DNA of 35,789 bases from the NCBI GenBank assembly GCA_033551855.1, contig JAWSUI010000039.1:1-35789 (forward strand). The letters run 5' to 3'. Source of the stretch: Deferrisomatales bacterium. Its GTDB lineage: Bacteria; Desulfobacterota; Deferrisomatia; Deferrisomatales; JACRMM01. The notes below the pieces were generated by a model. That model did not search any database and was not told the DNA's origin. It saw only the letters and a program-made list of their open reading frames with translations. This document shows, one piece after another, positions 21,693 to 31,361 of the stretch. Position 1 is the first letter of the stretch. Each line of letters begins with the position of its first letter. A program made the position numbers and the translations under genes.

Positions 21693-22406
21693 TCAGACGC
21701 TGAGGTACCGGCTCACCGCGTCCCGGTCCCGACCGAGCTCGGCGGAGGTGCCGGACCACACCACCCGCCCTTTTTGGAGGACGTAGTGGCGGTCGCCGAT
21801 CCGGCCCAGGGCATCGACGTTCTTGTCCACGACCAAGATGGCCTGGCCCTCAGTCTTCAGCCGGGCCAGGCACGACCAGATCTCCCGGCGCACCAGCGGG
21901 GCCAGCCCTTCCGTGGCCTCGTCGAGGATGAGCAGGCGCGGGTTCGTCAGGAGTGCGCGACCGATGGCCAGCATCTGCTGCTCACCCCCAGAGAGGTTGC
22001 TGCCCAGGTTGCCCGCGCGTTCCTCCAGGCGCGGAAAGAGCTGATAGATCCGGCCCAGAGTCCACGGGGAAGGCCGACCTGTCCGGTTGGCCGCCGTAGC
22101 TACCAGATTCTCCCGCACCGTGAGGTTTGGGAACACGTGGCGCCCCTCCGGGACCAGACCCATTCCGGCTTTGGCCACGCGGTAGGCCGGCCACCCGGTG
22201 ATCTCCCGGGCGCCAAACCGGATCTCGCCGGCGGCGGGACGCATCAAGCCGGTGATGCACCGGAGGGTGGTCGTCTTGCCCATCCCGTTTCGTCCGAGCA
22301 GCGAGACGCACTGCCCCTCCTCCACCTCGAGGCTCATGCCGAAGAGGACTTGGGAGAGCCCATAGCGGGCCTCCAGCCCGCTCACCGACAAGAGCTCGCT
22401 TCCCAT
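21693..22406 (-). CDS. LIV-type ABC transporter ATPase (LivF-like)
   Basis: GRNGMGKTT, VPEGRHVF, LSGGEQQM, LDEATEGLAP. Confidence 0.93.
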   Translation of the reverse strand: MGSELLSVSGLEARYGLSQVLFGMSLEVEEGQCVSLLGRNGMGKTTTLRCITGLMRPAAGEIRFGAREITGWPAYRVAKAGMGLVPEGRHVFPNLTVRENLVATAANRTGRPSPWTLGRIYQLFPRLEERAGNLGSNLSGGEQQMLAIGRALLTNPRLLILDEATEGLAPLVRREIWSCLARLKTEGQAILVVDKNVDALGRIGDRHYVLQKGRVVWSGTSAELGRDRDAVSRYLSV

Positions 22407-22467
22407 CAGCCGCCTCCTCCGATGGGTGCCGTGCCGCGGCCGGCCGCCCGGGTGCCGGGCACCCCGG

Positions 22468-23247
22468 TCACATCCCCACCAGGTGCATGAACTCGTCGCC
22501 GCCCTGCTCCCCCAGGTAGGCGGACCGGACGTCCGGGTCGTCCCGGATCTCTGCCGGCGTGCCGCAGGCAATGACGCTCCCGTAGACGAGGACCGAGATC
22601 CGGTCGGCCAACGCGAACACGGCCTCCATGTCGTGCTCGACCAGAAGCATGGTCACTCCCCCTTTCAGCGACCCCAGAAGTTCGGTCATCGCCTGGGTTT
22701 CCTGGGGGCTCATGCCGGCCATGGGCTCGTCGAGCAGGACGAGCTTCGGGCGGCTCGCCAGCACCATCGCCAGCTCCAACTGCCGGCGCTCGCCGTGACC
22801 CAGGCGAGCGACCCGGATGTCTTCGCGGCCGGCGAGGCCGACCTTGCCCAGGGCCTCTCGGGCCGGGCCGTTCAGGGAATCGGCACGACGCGTCGCCTGC
22901 CAGAAGCGAAAGCTGTGCCCCTGCTGCGCTTGGACCGCCAGGGCCACGTTCTGCAGGGCGGTGAACTCGGGAAAGACCGAGGTGATCTGGTACGAGCGCG
23001 CAAGGCCTCGCAAGGCCCGCCGGTAGGCGGGCAAGGGAGTGACGTCCTCCCCTTCGAACCAGATGCTCCCCGAGTCGGGGCGCAACGCGCCGGCCACCTG
23101 CGAGATGAGCGTCGTCTTGCCGGCGCCGTTGGGCCCGATGACCGCGTGCACCTCCCCCGGGCTGACGTCCATGCTGAGGTGGCAGGTCGCGGCCAGCCCG
23201 CCGTACGACTTGACGAGGTCTCGGACCGACAGGATCGGCTCGGTCAT
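22468..23247 (-). CDS. LIV-type ABC transporter ATPase (LivG-like)
   Basis: GPNGAGKTT, ARSYQIT, LLDEPMAG, VEHDM, VRSAYLG. Start MTEP at 23247. Confidence 0.93.
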   Translation of the reverse strand: MTEPILSVRDLVKSYGGLAATCHLSMDVSPGEVHAVIGPNGAGKTTLISQVAGALRPDSGSIWFEGEDVTPLPAYRRALRGLARSYQITSVFPEFTALQNVALAVQAQQGHSFRFWQATRRADSLNGPAREALGKVGLAGREDIRVARLGHGERRQLELAMVLASRPKLVLLDEPMAGMSPQETQAMTELLGSLKGGVTMLLVEHDMEAVFALADRISVLVYGSVIACGTPAEIRDDPDVRSAYLGEQGGDEFMHLVGM

Positions 23248-24197
23248 CCCCGGTCTCCTGCGCCTTCCGGCACAAGTCCCACGATCCCTCTCTTGGCCAC
23301 GAGAGCGATCCACACGATGATGGGCCCCAGCACGATCATCCAATGCTCCGTGAAGGCCGACAACACCTCCTCGAGCAGCAGCAGGCCCGTCGCGCCGACC
23401 ACCGGGCCGATCAAGGTGCCCATTCCCCCCAGCACCACCATGACGATGAGCTCGCCGGAGCGCGTCCATGCCATGTAGTCCGGCGAGGTAAACCCCGTCA
23501 GGTTGGCCAGCAGAAGGCCCGCGATCGAGCACACGCAGGCCGAGATCACGTAGGCCGTGAGCCGATACCTCAAGGTGGGAAAACCGAGGGCCCGCATCCT
23601 GGGCTCGTTGCCCATGCTGCCCCGCAAGACCATGCCGAAGCGCGACTCGATCAGACGCCGGCTCCCATAGAGCGCCAACAGCAGCAGACCGAAGACCGTG
23701 TAGTAGAAGACGACCCGGTTTCCGAGATCGATGAGGCCGAAGTCGCTCGGCTGGGGGATGGTCATGCCCTCGTCCCCCCCGAACTGCCGCAGGCTCACCG
23801 CGAGGAAGAAGAACATCTGCGCGAAGGCCAGGGTGATCATGATGAAGGCGATGCCGGCGGTGCGCAAAGAGATCAGCCCCGTCAGGAGGGCGACGGCGGC
23901 GGAGACGCCGAGGGCGGCCGCCAGGTGGGCCCATCCGCTGGAGACGCCGAAGTGGCTCAGGATGCCCACCGCATAGGCGCCGACCCCCAGGTAGAGGGCG
24001 TGACCGAAACTCACCATGCCGCCGTAGCCGAGCAGGAGGTTCAGGGACAGAGCTGCCAACCCGTAGACCATCATCCGCAGGACCAGGGTCAGGTAGAACG
24101 GTTGGCCCAGTGCCGTGGCCACCGGCGGGACCAGCGCCAACAGCAACAGCATCCCGACGGTGAGCGCGGCCCGGGGCGAGCGGAGGAACGCCTTCAT
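23244..24197 (-). CDS. LIV-type ABC transporter permease (LivM-like)
   Basis: LSLNLLLGYGGMVSFGHA, FIMITLAFAQM, GGDEG, MVVLGGMGTL. Hydrophobic throughout. Confidence 0.92.
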   Translation of the reverse strand: MKAFLRSPRAALTVGMLLLLALVPPVATALGQPFYLTLVLRMMVYGLAALSLNLLLGYGGMVSFGHALYLGVGAYAVGILSHFGVSSGWAHLAAALGVSAAVALLTGLISLRTAGIAFIMITLAFAQMFFFLAVSLRQFGGDEGMTIPQPSDFGLIDLGNRVVFYYTVFGLLLLALYGSRRLIESRFGMVLRGSMGNEPRMRALGFPTLRYRLTAYVISACVCSIAGLLLANLTGFTSPDYMAWTRSGELIVMVVLGGMGTLIGPVVGATGLLLLEEVLSAFTEHWMIVLGPIIVWIALVAKRGIVGLVPEGAGDRG

Positions 24198-24210
24198 GTC
24201 GGGAGTCTCC

Positions 24211-24373
24211 GAGGTTGCGGATCGATCTCCGGACCGAGCCGGACGGTCGAGATGCGAGCCGGGCGAGGAAAAAGCCCGCAGCCACCGCTGGGCCCTGCGG
24301 CAAGGGTTTCCGACGAAGCCCGGCGAAACAAAGCGGCCGTCGCGGCGACGGGAGGGGATGGATTCACAGCCTC
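24211..24373. repeat. MITE/REP-like structured element with imperfect 20-bp terminal inverted repeats
   Basis: GAGGTTGCGGATCGATCTCC (24211-24230) matches the reverse complement of 24354-24373 (GAGGCTGTGAATCCATCCCC) at 15/20 positions. Nested internal stems are present. Confidence 0.55.
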
Positions 24374-25297
24374 TCAGCCTTTCTTGACGGGAAAGAGCCC
24401 CTGGGGTTTCACCGCGAGAACCCCGGCCATCAGCAGGTAGATCAACATCGACGCGATGGCGGGCCCCGCGGCGTTGGCGGCCGCGCGGTCCAGGACCTCG
24501 CGCAGGAGGATCGGCAGCATGGTTCGCCCCAAGGTGTCGACCATGCCCACGATGACGGCACCCAGGAAGGCGCCCCGAATCGAACCGATGCCCCCGATGA
24601 CGATGGTTACCAGCGTCAGGATGAGAATGGGCTCTCCCATGCCGACCTGAACCGAGAGGATCGGCCCCACCATCACCCCGGCGAGGCCCGCCAGCGCGGC
24701 TCCCAGACCGAAGAGGAGGGTGTTGAGCAGCTTGATGTTGACCCCCAGGGCGCCGACCATCCAGCCCACGGAGGCACCGGCCCGGATCAGCATGCCGAGG
24801 CGGGTCTTCTGGATGAGCAGCCAGGCGCCCACGGCCACCCCGAGGCCCACCCCGACGATCAGCAGCCGGTAGACCGGATAGGTCCGGTCCCCGATCAGGC
24901 GGACGGCTCCCGAGAGCGCCTCGGGCACGTCCATGTAATACGGGCTGGGGCCCCAGATCATCCGCGCCGCTTCGTTGAAGAACAGGACCAGGCCAAAGGT
25001 CGCCAGCACCTGGTCCAGGTGATCCCGCTCGTAGAGCCGCCGAAGCGCGCCACGCTCCACGGCCACCCCGAGGAGAAAGCTGCCCCCAACGGCCCCGAAG
25101 GCAGCCGCCACGAACGATCCGGTGGCGCCGTACAGCGTCGCCGCGAAGTAGGCCCCCAACATGTAGAAGGAACCGTGGGCGAGGTTCACGAAGTTCATGA
25201 TGCCGAGCACGAGCGTCAGCCCGGCCGCGAGCAGGAACAGCAGCACCCCCAGCTGAAACCCGTTGAGGGCCTGCGTCAGAACCAGGGATAGGTCCAT
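24374..25297 (-). CDS. LIV-type ABC transporter permease (LivH-like)
   Basis: QALNG.QLG..LFLLAAGLTLVLGIMNFVNLAHGSFYMLGAY, TRLGMLIRAGA, IVIGGIGSIRGA. Confidence 0.93.
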   Translation of the reverse strand: MDLSLVLTQALNGFQLGVLLFLLAAGLTLVLGIMNFVNLAHGSFYMLGAYFAATLYGATGSFVAAAFGAVGGSFLLGVAVERGALRRLYERDHLDQVLATFGLVLFFNEAARMIWGPSPYYMDVPEALSGAVRLIGDRTYPVYRLLIVGVGLGVAVGAWLLIQKTRLGMLIRAGASVGWMVGALGVNIKLLNTLLFGLGAALAGLAGVMVGPILSVQVGMGEPILILTLVTIVIGGIGSIRGAFLGAVIVGMVDTLGRTMLPILLREVLDRAAANAAGPAIASMLIYLLMAGVLAVKPQGLFPVKKG

Positions 25298-25403
25298 CGC
25301 CAATCCGGAAGCAGCGTGTGCGTGGCGGGGAAGGGGGTGGCCGAGCGGGCGCCGCGGCCAGCGGGTCCGTCACCCGCAGGCCGCGGCGCCCCAGGTTTCC
25401 GAT

Positions 25404-26579
25404 CTACTCCATGGGGCACAGCTCCCGGTAGGCGACGCGGTGCTCCGACAGGGTCTTGCCGCGGAACGCGAAGGACGGGTTTGCGTCCCCGGGATTCTTC
25501 ACGACCTCCCACATGTACCAGTCGGTGATGGGGAACTGATTGGTGTCGAACCGGAAGTCGCCCCGCAACGACTGGAAGTCCGCCTGCTTCAGGGCAGCAA
25601 GGAAGGCCTTCTTGTCCGCCACGTTGCCGTTGGTCTTCTCCAACGCCGAAGCGATCAACTGCGCGGCGTCGTACGACTGGGCGGCATAGAAGGAGGGCGA
25701 ACGCCCGTACTTCGCGGTGAAGGCCGCGACGAACGTCTTGGTTTGGGGGTTGTCCAGCGCCGGCTCCCAAGGCGCGGCGGTGATGGCGCCGATGGCCGCA
25801 TCCCTGATCGCGGGGAGCGTCGAGCCGTCGATGGTGGAGGTGGAGATCAGGGGAATCCTTCCCATCAGGCCCGCCTGCCGATACTGCTTGACGAAGTTCA
25901 CCCCCATCCCGCCCGGGTAGAAGACATACACCGCCTCGGGCCTCGCTGCCTGGATCTGGGAGATCTCGGCCGAGTAGTCCGGCTGGTTGATCTGTGTGTA
26001 CACCTCGTCCACTACGGTGCCTTCAAACAACCGCTTGAACCCGGAGATCGCGTCCCGCCCCGCCTGGTAGTTCGGAGCCATCAGGTACACGTTCTTGTAG
26101 CCTAGGATGTTTGCCACCGCACCGCCGTTCTCGTGAAGGCTGTCGTTCGTCCAGGACGTGGAGAAGAAGTACGGGGAGCACTGCGCTCCCGCGATGGGAG
26201 ACGGCCCCGCGTTCGACCCGATGAAGATCGTCTCGGACCCGACGATCCTCGGGTAGACCGCCATCATCACGTTCGAGAAGATCACGCCCGTGACGAGGTC
26301 GACCTGGTCCTTCTCGATCAGTTCCTGTGCGAGCTGGGCGCCTAGATCGGGCTTGAGCTGGTCGTCCTTCCGGATCACCGAGACCGGGACGCCGCCCAGC
26401 TTCCCGCCGTTCTGTTCCACCGCGAGCATGAAGGCGTCGTACTGGTCCTGGCCCAACGTGGCCCCGGGCCCCGAGAGGGTAGTGATGAGGCCGATCTTGA
26501 CCTGGGCGGCGGCGGGCGAGACACCGAGGAGCAGAAACAGGGTCGCTGCCAGAAGGATGGGTCGGGAGGCCAATCGCAT
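25404..26579 (-). CDS. ABC substrate-binding protein (LIV fold, aromatic-acid-binding type)
   Basis: Signal peptide ending AAA-Q, KIGLITTLSGPGA, DDQLKPD, SNAGPS, APNYQAGRD, FYPGGMGVNFVKQY, PSFYAAQSYDAA. GGAG SD upstream. Confidence 0.92.
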   Translation of the reverse strand: MRLASRPILLAATLFLLLGVSPAAAQVKIGLITTLSGPGATLGQDQYDAFMLAVEQNGGKLGGVPVSVIRKDDQLKPDLGAQLAQELIEKDQVDLVTGVIFSNVMMAVYPRIVGSETIFIGSNAGPSPIAGAQCSPYFFSTSWTNDSLHENGGAVANILGYKNVYLMAPNYQAGRDAISGFKRLFEGTVVDEVYTQINQPDYSAEISQIQAARPEAVYVFYPGGMGVNFVKQYRQAGLMGRIPLISTSTIDGSTLPAIRDAAIGAITAAPWEPALDNPQTKTFVAAFTAKYGRSPSFYAAQSYDAAQLIASALEKTNGNVADKKAFLAALKQADFQSLRGDFRFDTNQFPITDWYMWEVVKNPGDANPSFAFRGKTLSEHRVAYRELCPME

Positions 26580-26706
26580 GAAGTTCTCCTTGTGAGGGGG
26601 GTTTCGTTTGCCGGCCCGGCGGTGCCTCGGCTTGCGACAGCCGGGGCGCCCCGGCACTGTCGGGTTGGAAGAACGACGGGTCGCGCAGGTGCGAACATAC
26701 CTTTCT

Positions 26707-26722
26707 AGCCAGAAACGTGCCA
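26707..26722 (-). promoter_or_regulatory. Sigma-54 (-24/-12) promoter for the ABC transporter-hydrolase operon
   Basis: Minus strand TGGCACGTTTCTGGCT, GG-N10-GC, about 130 bp upstream of the binding-protein start. Confidence 0.75.
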
Positions 26723-27025
26723 TACCAAAACGGCGTATCAGGGCAGATCGAGCTCGGGGTGGCGGTGCGAGAATGCAACACGGCACCTCCCCTCGAAAGG
26801 GTGCCACGGGAAACTATGGTTAATTTTCAGGTAGATACAGGGCCGTCGCGACCTGGTCGCCTCATGGTGCCCAGGCGCAACAAGAGGCGAAGATGCCCGG
26901 CCTCAACGGAGCCGGGACCTGGATCCGGGACGAGAGATCCTGCAGATAAACGTAATTTTGTCAACCCGGGCCCGACCGGCTCCGACTCGTGGAGTGCCGC
27001 GAGTGATGCCCCCGGGAACGACCCG

Positions 27026-28372
27026 TCAGAGGTCTCGTAGGTCGATTCCGTACTGTTTGGCTTTCCGCGCGACCGTGGAGTGGTCCACACCGAGGACTTT
27101 GGCGGCGCTTCGCCCCGAGCCGAACCTGCCCACCGCCCTGTGGATGAGCTCCCGCTCGAGAATCTCGCGCCCCTCCCGCAGGGAAACCACATCGTTGACG
27201 ACGACGCTCTGTCTCTTTTCCCCGCCCAGCCCGAAGTACTCCACCAAGACCTCGTCGCTCATGCCGATGGCGACTTCGCTCGACGACACGACCAGGCGCT
27301 CGATCACGTTTTCCAGCTCGCGAATGTTTCCGGGCCACTCGCAGGACTTCTCGAAGAACCCGATGACGTCCGGGAGCAGTCTCGTTTGCCTCCGGTACTT
27401 CGTATTGTATTTGTCCAGGAAGGTCTGGGTCAGGCGAGCCACGTCCTCTCTTCGTTCCCGCAGGGGCGGAATCCGAATGGCGACGACATTGAGCCGATAG
27501 AAGAGGTCCTCTCGGAACAGACGCTGCTTGACCATGGACTGCAGGTCACGGTTGGTGGCGGCCAAGAAACGGACGTTGGTCGATACCGGTTTCACCCCTC
27601 CCACCCTCAGGAACGTCTGCTCTTGGATCGCGCGCAGCAGTTTGACCTGCAGGGTCAGCGGCATCTCCCCCACTTCGTCGAGCAGCAGCGTTCCGCCGTC
27701 CGCCACCTCGATCAACCCCGCCTTCCCCTTGGGGCCTGCCCCGGTGAAGGAGTGCTTCTCGTGGCCGAACAGCTCGGACTCCATCAGGGTCTCGGGGATC
27801 GCGCCGCAGTTGATCGCGGCGAACGGCCCCTCCACACGGGGGCTGAGGCGGTGGATGAGCTTCGCGATCCTCTCCTTTCCGACCCCGGATTCCCCCGTCA
27901 GCAGCACCGTCGAGTCGACCAGCGCCACGCGCTGCACCAGGTCCAAGACTCGCTGCATCCTGGGGCTGCCCGAGGTCAGCTCGTCGGTCGCCAGAAGCCG
28001 GCTCCTCAGCTCCTGAAGCTCGGCAAAGTACCGCGTCGTCAACTCCTTCAAGGCGGCGATGTCGGTGGCGTCCCGGAAGACCGCGACGGCGCCCGTGACG
28101 ACGTCGCCCTCCCGAACGGGGGTTACGGTGGTGACGATGTCGACGGAGGCTGAGACCACCCGGGTCGGCTGGTTGACGACGGCTTGCGCCGTACGCAGGA
28201 CATCGAGAACGACCGAGGTCGGCTCGATCTCGGCGAGCATGCGCCCCACGACCTTGTCGGCCGAGACCCCGAAGATCCGCTCGTACCCCGGATTCGCCAG
28301 GACGATCCGGCCGCCGGCATCGACGACCATGAGCCCGTCGTGGATCGACTGGAGAACCGCGCTCTGATCCAT
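27026..28372 (-). CDS. PAS-domain sigma-54 enhancer-binding protein (AAA+ and C-terminal HTH)
   Basis: PAS (LQSIHDGLMVVD..GRIVLANP), GESGVGKE, ESELFG..SFTGA, LLDEVGE, FREDLFYRLNV, WPGNIRELEN, RSAAKVLGVDHSTVARK. Confidence 0.94.
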   Translation of the reverse strand: MDQSAVLQSIHDGLMVVDAGGRIVLANPGYERIFGVSADKVVGRMLAEIEPTSVVLDVLRTAQAVVNQPTRVVSASVDIVTTVTPVREGDVVTGAVAVFRDATDIAALKELTTRYFAELQELRSRLLATDELTSGSPRMQRVLDLVQRVALVDSTVLLTGESGVGKERIAKLIHRLSPRVEGPFAAINCGAIPETLMESELFGHEKHSFTGAGPKGKAGLIEVADGGTLLLDEVGEMPLTLQVKLLRAIQEQTFLRVGGVKPVSTNVRFLAATNRDLQSMVKQRLFREDLFYRLNVVAIRIPPLRERREDVARLTQTFLDKYNTKYRRQTRLLPDVIGFFEKSCEWPGNIRELENVIERLVVSSSEVAIGMSDEVLVEYFGLGGEKRQSVVVNDVVSLREGREILERELIHRAVGRFGSGRSAAKVLGVDHSTVARKAKQYGIDLRDL

Positions 28373-28592
28373 CGTCCTGGGACCTCCGGTTACGGCCCTC
28401 CGCCAAGGTGCTCTCGGAAGGTCTCGGGCTCGGACCCGCCGGCGGTTCCACCTGCGGCCGACCGGCGCGGGTGTTCCTGCCCCATCCACGCACCTTGGGA
28501 ACACGGTCCATGCGGATCGCCACGGCGGCCCTGCGCCGTGGCCTGCAGCAACCCGGACGGCCCCGGTTGCCGCACGCGGCGGAAACTCTCTT

Positions 28593-28601
28593 AGCATAGC
28601 A
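28593..28601 (-). promoter_or_regulatory. Possible extended -10 element (TGCTATGCT) for the activator gene
   Basis: TGnTATGCT in one of the few AT-rich spots of the 390-bp intergenic region. Confidence 0.35.
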
Positions 28602-28759
28602 CCGGTGAGGACGGGGGTCACTGCGGTCGGCGGCAGCCCATCGCCCCGGCAGCTCGCCCCCAACGAGCACCCCCAGGGAGCGCCCGCCGCAGGGGATCCC
28701 CGCGCCGGGAAGGCCGGGGGTCCATTCGCCCGCCCTGGAGCCGGCGCCCCTGCCGCCGC

Positions 28760-29629
28760 CTAGCCTTCCCGCAGCGCCTTGGCCCGGCGCAGGTTCTTCC
28801 GGTCGGGGCCCTTGTCGTCGAAGCCGGGCGTCTCCAGCACGAAGGGGGCGTGGCGCAGGGCGGGGTGCCGCACCCAGAAGCCGAGGCCCTCCATGCCGAT
28901 GGCCCCCTCGCCCAGGTTCTCGTGGCGGTCGCGGCGAGACCCCAGCTCGGAGCGCGAATCGTTGAGGTGCACGAGCCCCACCCGCCCCAGGCCGACGGCC
29001 CGGTCCAGGTCCGCGAGGTAGCCGTCGCAGCCCTCGGGGGTGTGCACCGGGTGCCCGGCGGCGAAGAGGTGGGCGGTGTCGAGGCACACGCCCGCCGTCA
29101 GATCTTCCGGTAGCACGTCCAGGAGGCGGCGGAGCTCCCCCGGGCTCGCCCCCACGGAGCCCGTGCCCCCGGCGGCCGTCTCGAGAAGCAGCGGGGGCAG
29201 CGGCCGGGGAGCCGCCTCCGGGGCGGCCAGCCCCAGGGCCTCGCGCACCGCCGAGGCTACCCGCCCGAGGGCGGCCTCGAAGCCCTCCCCCCGGTGGGAG
29301 CCCACGTGGGTGACCACGCCGCACGCCCCGGCCCGCGCGCCGAAGACGAGGGCATCCGCGAGGGCACGGCTCGACTTGCGCCCCAGGGCGGGGTCGGGGG
29401 AGGCCAGGTTGATGAGGTAGATGGTGTGGACGGCGAGGGGCCTCCGGGACCGGCGCAGGGCACCCCGGAAGCCCCCCAGCTCTTCGGGGGAGACCCCGGG
29501 GCGGAGCCACTGGCGGGGGTTGCTCGGGAAGACCTGGAGGGCCTCCGCGCCGATCCCCCGGGCCCGCTCCAGGGACCGGGCCAGCCCCCCGGCCACCGAG
29601 ACGTGGGCGCCGATGCGGGGCAGCCTCAC
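28760..29629 (-). CDS. nfo: Endonuclease IV (AP endonuclease family 2)
   Basis: IGAHVSVAGG, QVF..NPRQW, H..YLINLAS, HVGS, LLETAAG, CLDTAHLFAAG, HLNDS..GSRRDRHENLGEG, VLETP. Confidence 0.93.
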   Translation of the reverse strand: MRLPRIGAHVSVAGGLARSLERARGIGAEALQVFPSNPRQWLRPGVSPEELGGFRGALRRSRRPLAVHTIYLINLASPDPALGRKSSRALADALVFGARAGACGVVTHVGSHRGEGFEAALGRVASAVREALGLAAPEAAPRPLPPLLLETAAGGTGSVGASPGELRRLLDVLPEDLTAGVCLDTAHLFAAGHPVHTPEGCDGYLADLDRAVGLGRVGLVHLNDSRSELGSRRDRHENLGEGAIGMEGLGFWVRHPALRHAPFVLETPGFDDKGPDRKNLRRAKALREG

Positions 29630-29666
29630 CGGCGACGGGGGGCCCCGGGCGCCGAGGGCGTGGGCC

Positions 29667-30182
29667 TCAAAACTGGAGCAGGCTGTGGACGGGCACGTCG
29701 GTGAGCTTCTCGCGCCCTCGGAGGGCCAGGATCTCGGCCAGGAAGGCGCACTCCACCACCTCCCCCCCCATCTGCCGCACCAGGTCCGTCACCGCCCGCA
29801 CGGTGCCGCCCGTGGCGAGCACGTCGTCGGCGATGAGCACCCGCTGGCCGGGTTCCAGGGCATCCTGGTGGATCTCCAGGGTGTCGGTGCCGTACTCGAG
29901 CTGGTACGTGGTGGCGTGGGTCTTGTACGGCAGCTTGCCGGGCTTGCGCACCAGGATCACGCCGCGGTTGAGCTTGTAGGCCAGGGCCGCTCCCACGATG
30001 AACCCCCGCGCCTCGATGCCCACCACCACGTCGACCCCGCTCTCCAAGTACCGGTGCCCCAGCAGGTCCACGGCCCGGTTGAAGCTCGAGGCGTCTCGCA
30101 GGAGGGTGGTGATGTCCTTGAAGATCACCCCCGCCTTCGGGAAGTCGACGATGTCCCGAATCTTCCCCTTCAGCTCCTCCAC
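29667..30182 (-). CDS. apt: Adenine phosphoribosyltransferase
   Basis: [58 protein letters not shown]. Confidence 0.97.
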   Translation of the reverse strand: MEELKGKIRDIVDFPKAGVIFKDITTLLRDASSFNRAVDLLGHRYLESGVDVVVGIEARGFIVGAALAYKLNRGVILVRKPGKLPYKTHATTYQLEYGTDTLEIHQDALEPGQRVLIADDVLATGGTVRAVTDLVRQMGGEVVECAFLAEILALRGREKLTDVPVHSLLQF

Positions 30183-30265
30183 GCCGCATCCTCCTCACCC
30201 GTCGCCCGCCCCCCGGTCACCGTTCACTGATCACCGGTCCCAGGTCACCCGTCGCCTCCCACCCG

Positions 30266-31189
30266 TCAGTACAAGCTCTGGAACCCCACCTTCTGCTGGG
30301 CCGTGAGCCGGCGCAGCTTTCGCAGGGCGCCGACCTCGATCTGCCGGACGCGCTCCCGGGTGACGTGGTATCTCTGTCCGATCTCCTCCAGGGTCCTGGG
30401 CTCCTCGTCCTTCCCGAGTCCGTACCGCAGCTCCAGGATCTCCCGCTCACGGTCGTTCAGGCGGCGCAGCCATTCGGCCAGGAGCCGGAGCCGGTCGTCC
30501 GCCAGGACCCGGTCCGCCGGGTCCGGGGTCTCGGTGTCCTCGAGGGTGTCCTGGAGGGAGTAGTCCCCGGCCTCCCCCAGCGGCTGGTCCAGGCTGAAGG
30601 AGCGCCGGGCAAAGCTCAGGAGGCGCCGCACGTGCCCCGGTGGGACGTCCATCTCGCGGGCCAGCCGGTCCAGGTCGGGTTCCTGTCCCTCTGCCGCCCT
30701 CAGGTGGGAGGCGACCCGAAAGAGCCGCGCGATGTCGTCGGAGATGTGCACCGGAAGGCGCACCGCGTTGGCCTGGTTCACCAAGGCGCGGTCGATGGAC
30801 TGGCGGATCCACCACGTGGCGTAGGTGGAGAACCGGCAGCCCTTGTCGGCCCGGAACCTCTCCACCGCACGGATGAGCCCGAGGTTGCCCTCCTCGATCA
30901 GGTCGAGCAGGGCAAGGCCTCGGTGTGTGTAGCGCTTCGCGATCTTGACGACCAGCCGCAGGTTCGACTCGATCATCCGCGCCCGGGCGCCGTCGTCCCC
31001 CTGCTCCACCCGACGGGCCAGATCGAGCTCTTCCTCGGGGGTGAGGAGATTCGTGCGGCGGATCTCGGACAGATACAGGGCGATGGCGCTCGGGGCCAGC
31101 CGCCGCGCCGCCTCCCGCTTCGCCGCGCCGCCTCCCGCCTCGAGCTCGGCGGTCTCTTCCCTCATCCACGACCGGCGATCGTTTCCCAT
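30266..31189 (-). CDS. rpoS: RNA polymerase sigma factor RpoS
   Basis: [82 protein letters not shown]. No region 1.1, and it lies downstream of nlpD. Start may be 31165. Confidence 0.88.
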   Translation of the reverse strand: MGNDRRSWMREETAELEAGGGAAKREAARRLAPSAIALYLSEIRRTNLLTPEEELDLARRVEQGDDGARARMIESNLRLVVKIAKRYTHRGLALLDLIEEGNLGLIRAVERFRADKGCRFSTYATWWIRQSIDRALVNQANAVRLPVHISDDIARLFRVASHLRAAEGQEPDLDRLAREMDVPPGHVRRLLSFARRSFSLDQPLGEAGDYSLQDTLEDTETPDPADRVLADDRLRLLAEWLRRLNDREREILELRYGLGKDEEPRTLEEIGQRYHVTRERVRQIEVGALRKLRRLTAQQKVGFQSLY

Positions 31190-31361
31190 GGACCTGGCTC
31201 ATTCGGGAGAGGGTCGGGCAGAGCTGCCCGCCGCCGCGAGCCCCCCGCGGCGCGGTGAGTCGGAACGGCGAACGCGGGATCCCGAAGACCCCCGCGGCTC
31301 CGCCCCGGGGCCCGCGGGGTGACCCCTCCGCGCGGGCTGTCGAGCGATGGTACGGGAGCCC

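Noticed and set aside
10388..25291. Long plus-strand ORFs (e.g. 10388-12700, 16447-19008, 18828-20405, 20790-22490)
   Set aside because: They are antisense shadows of well-supported minus-strand genes, with no motifs of their own.
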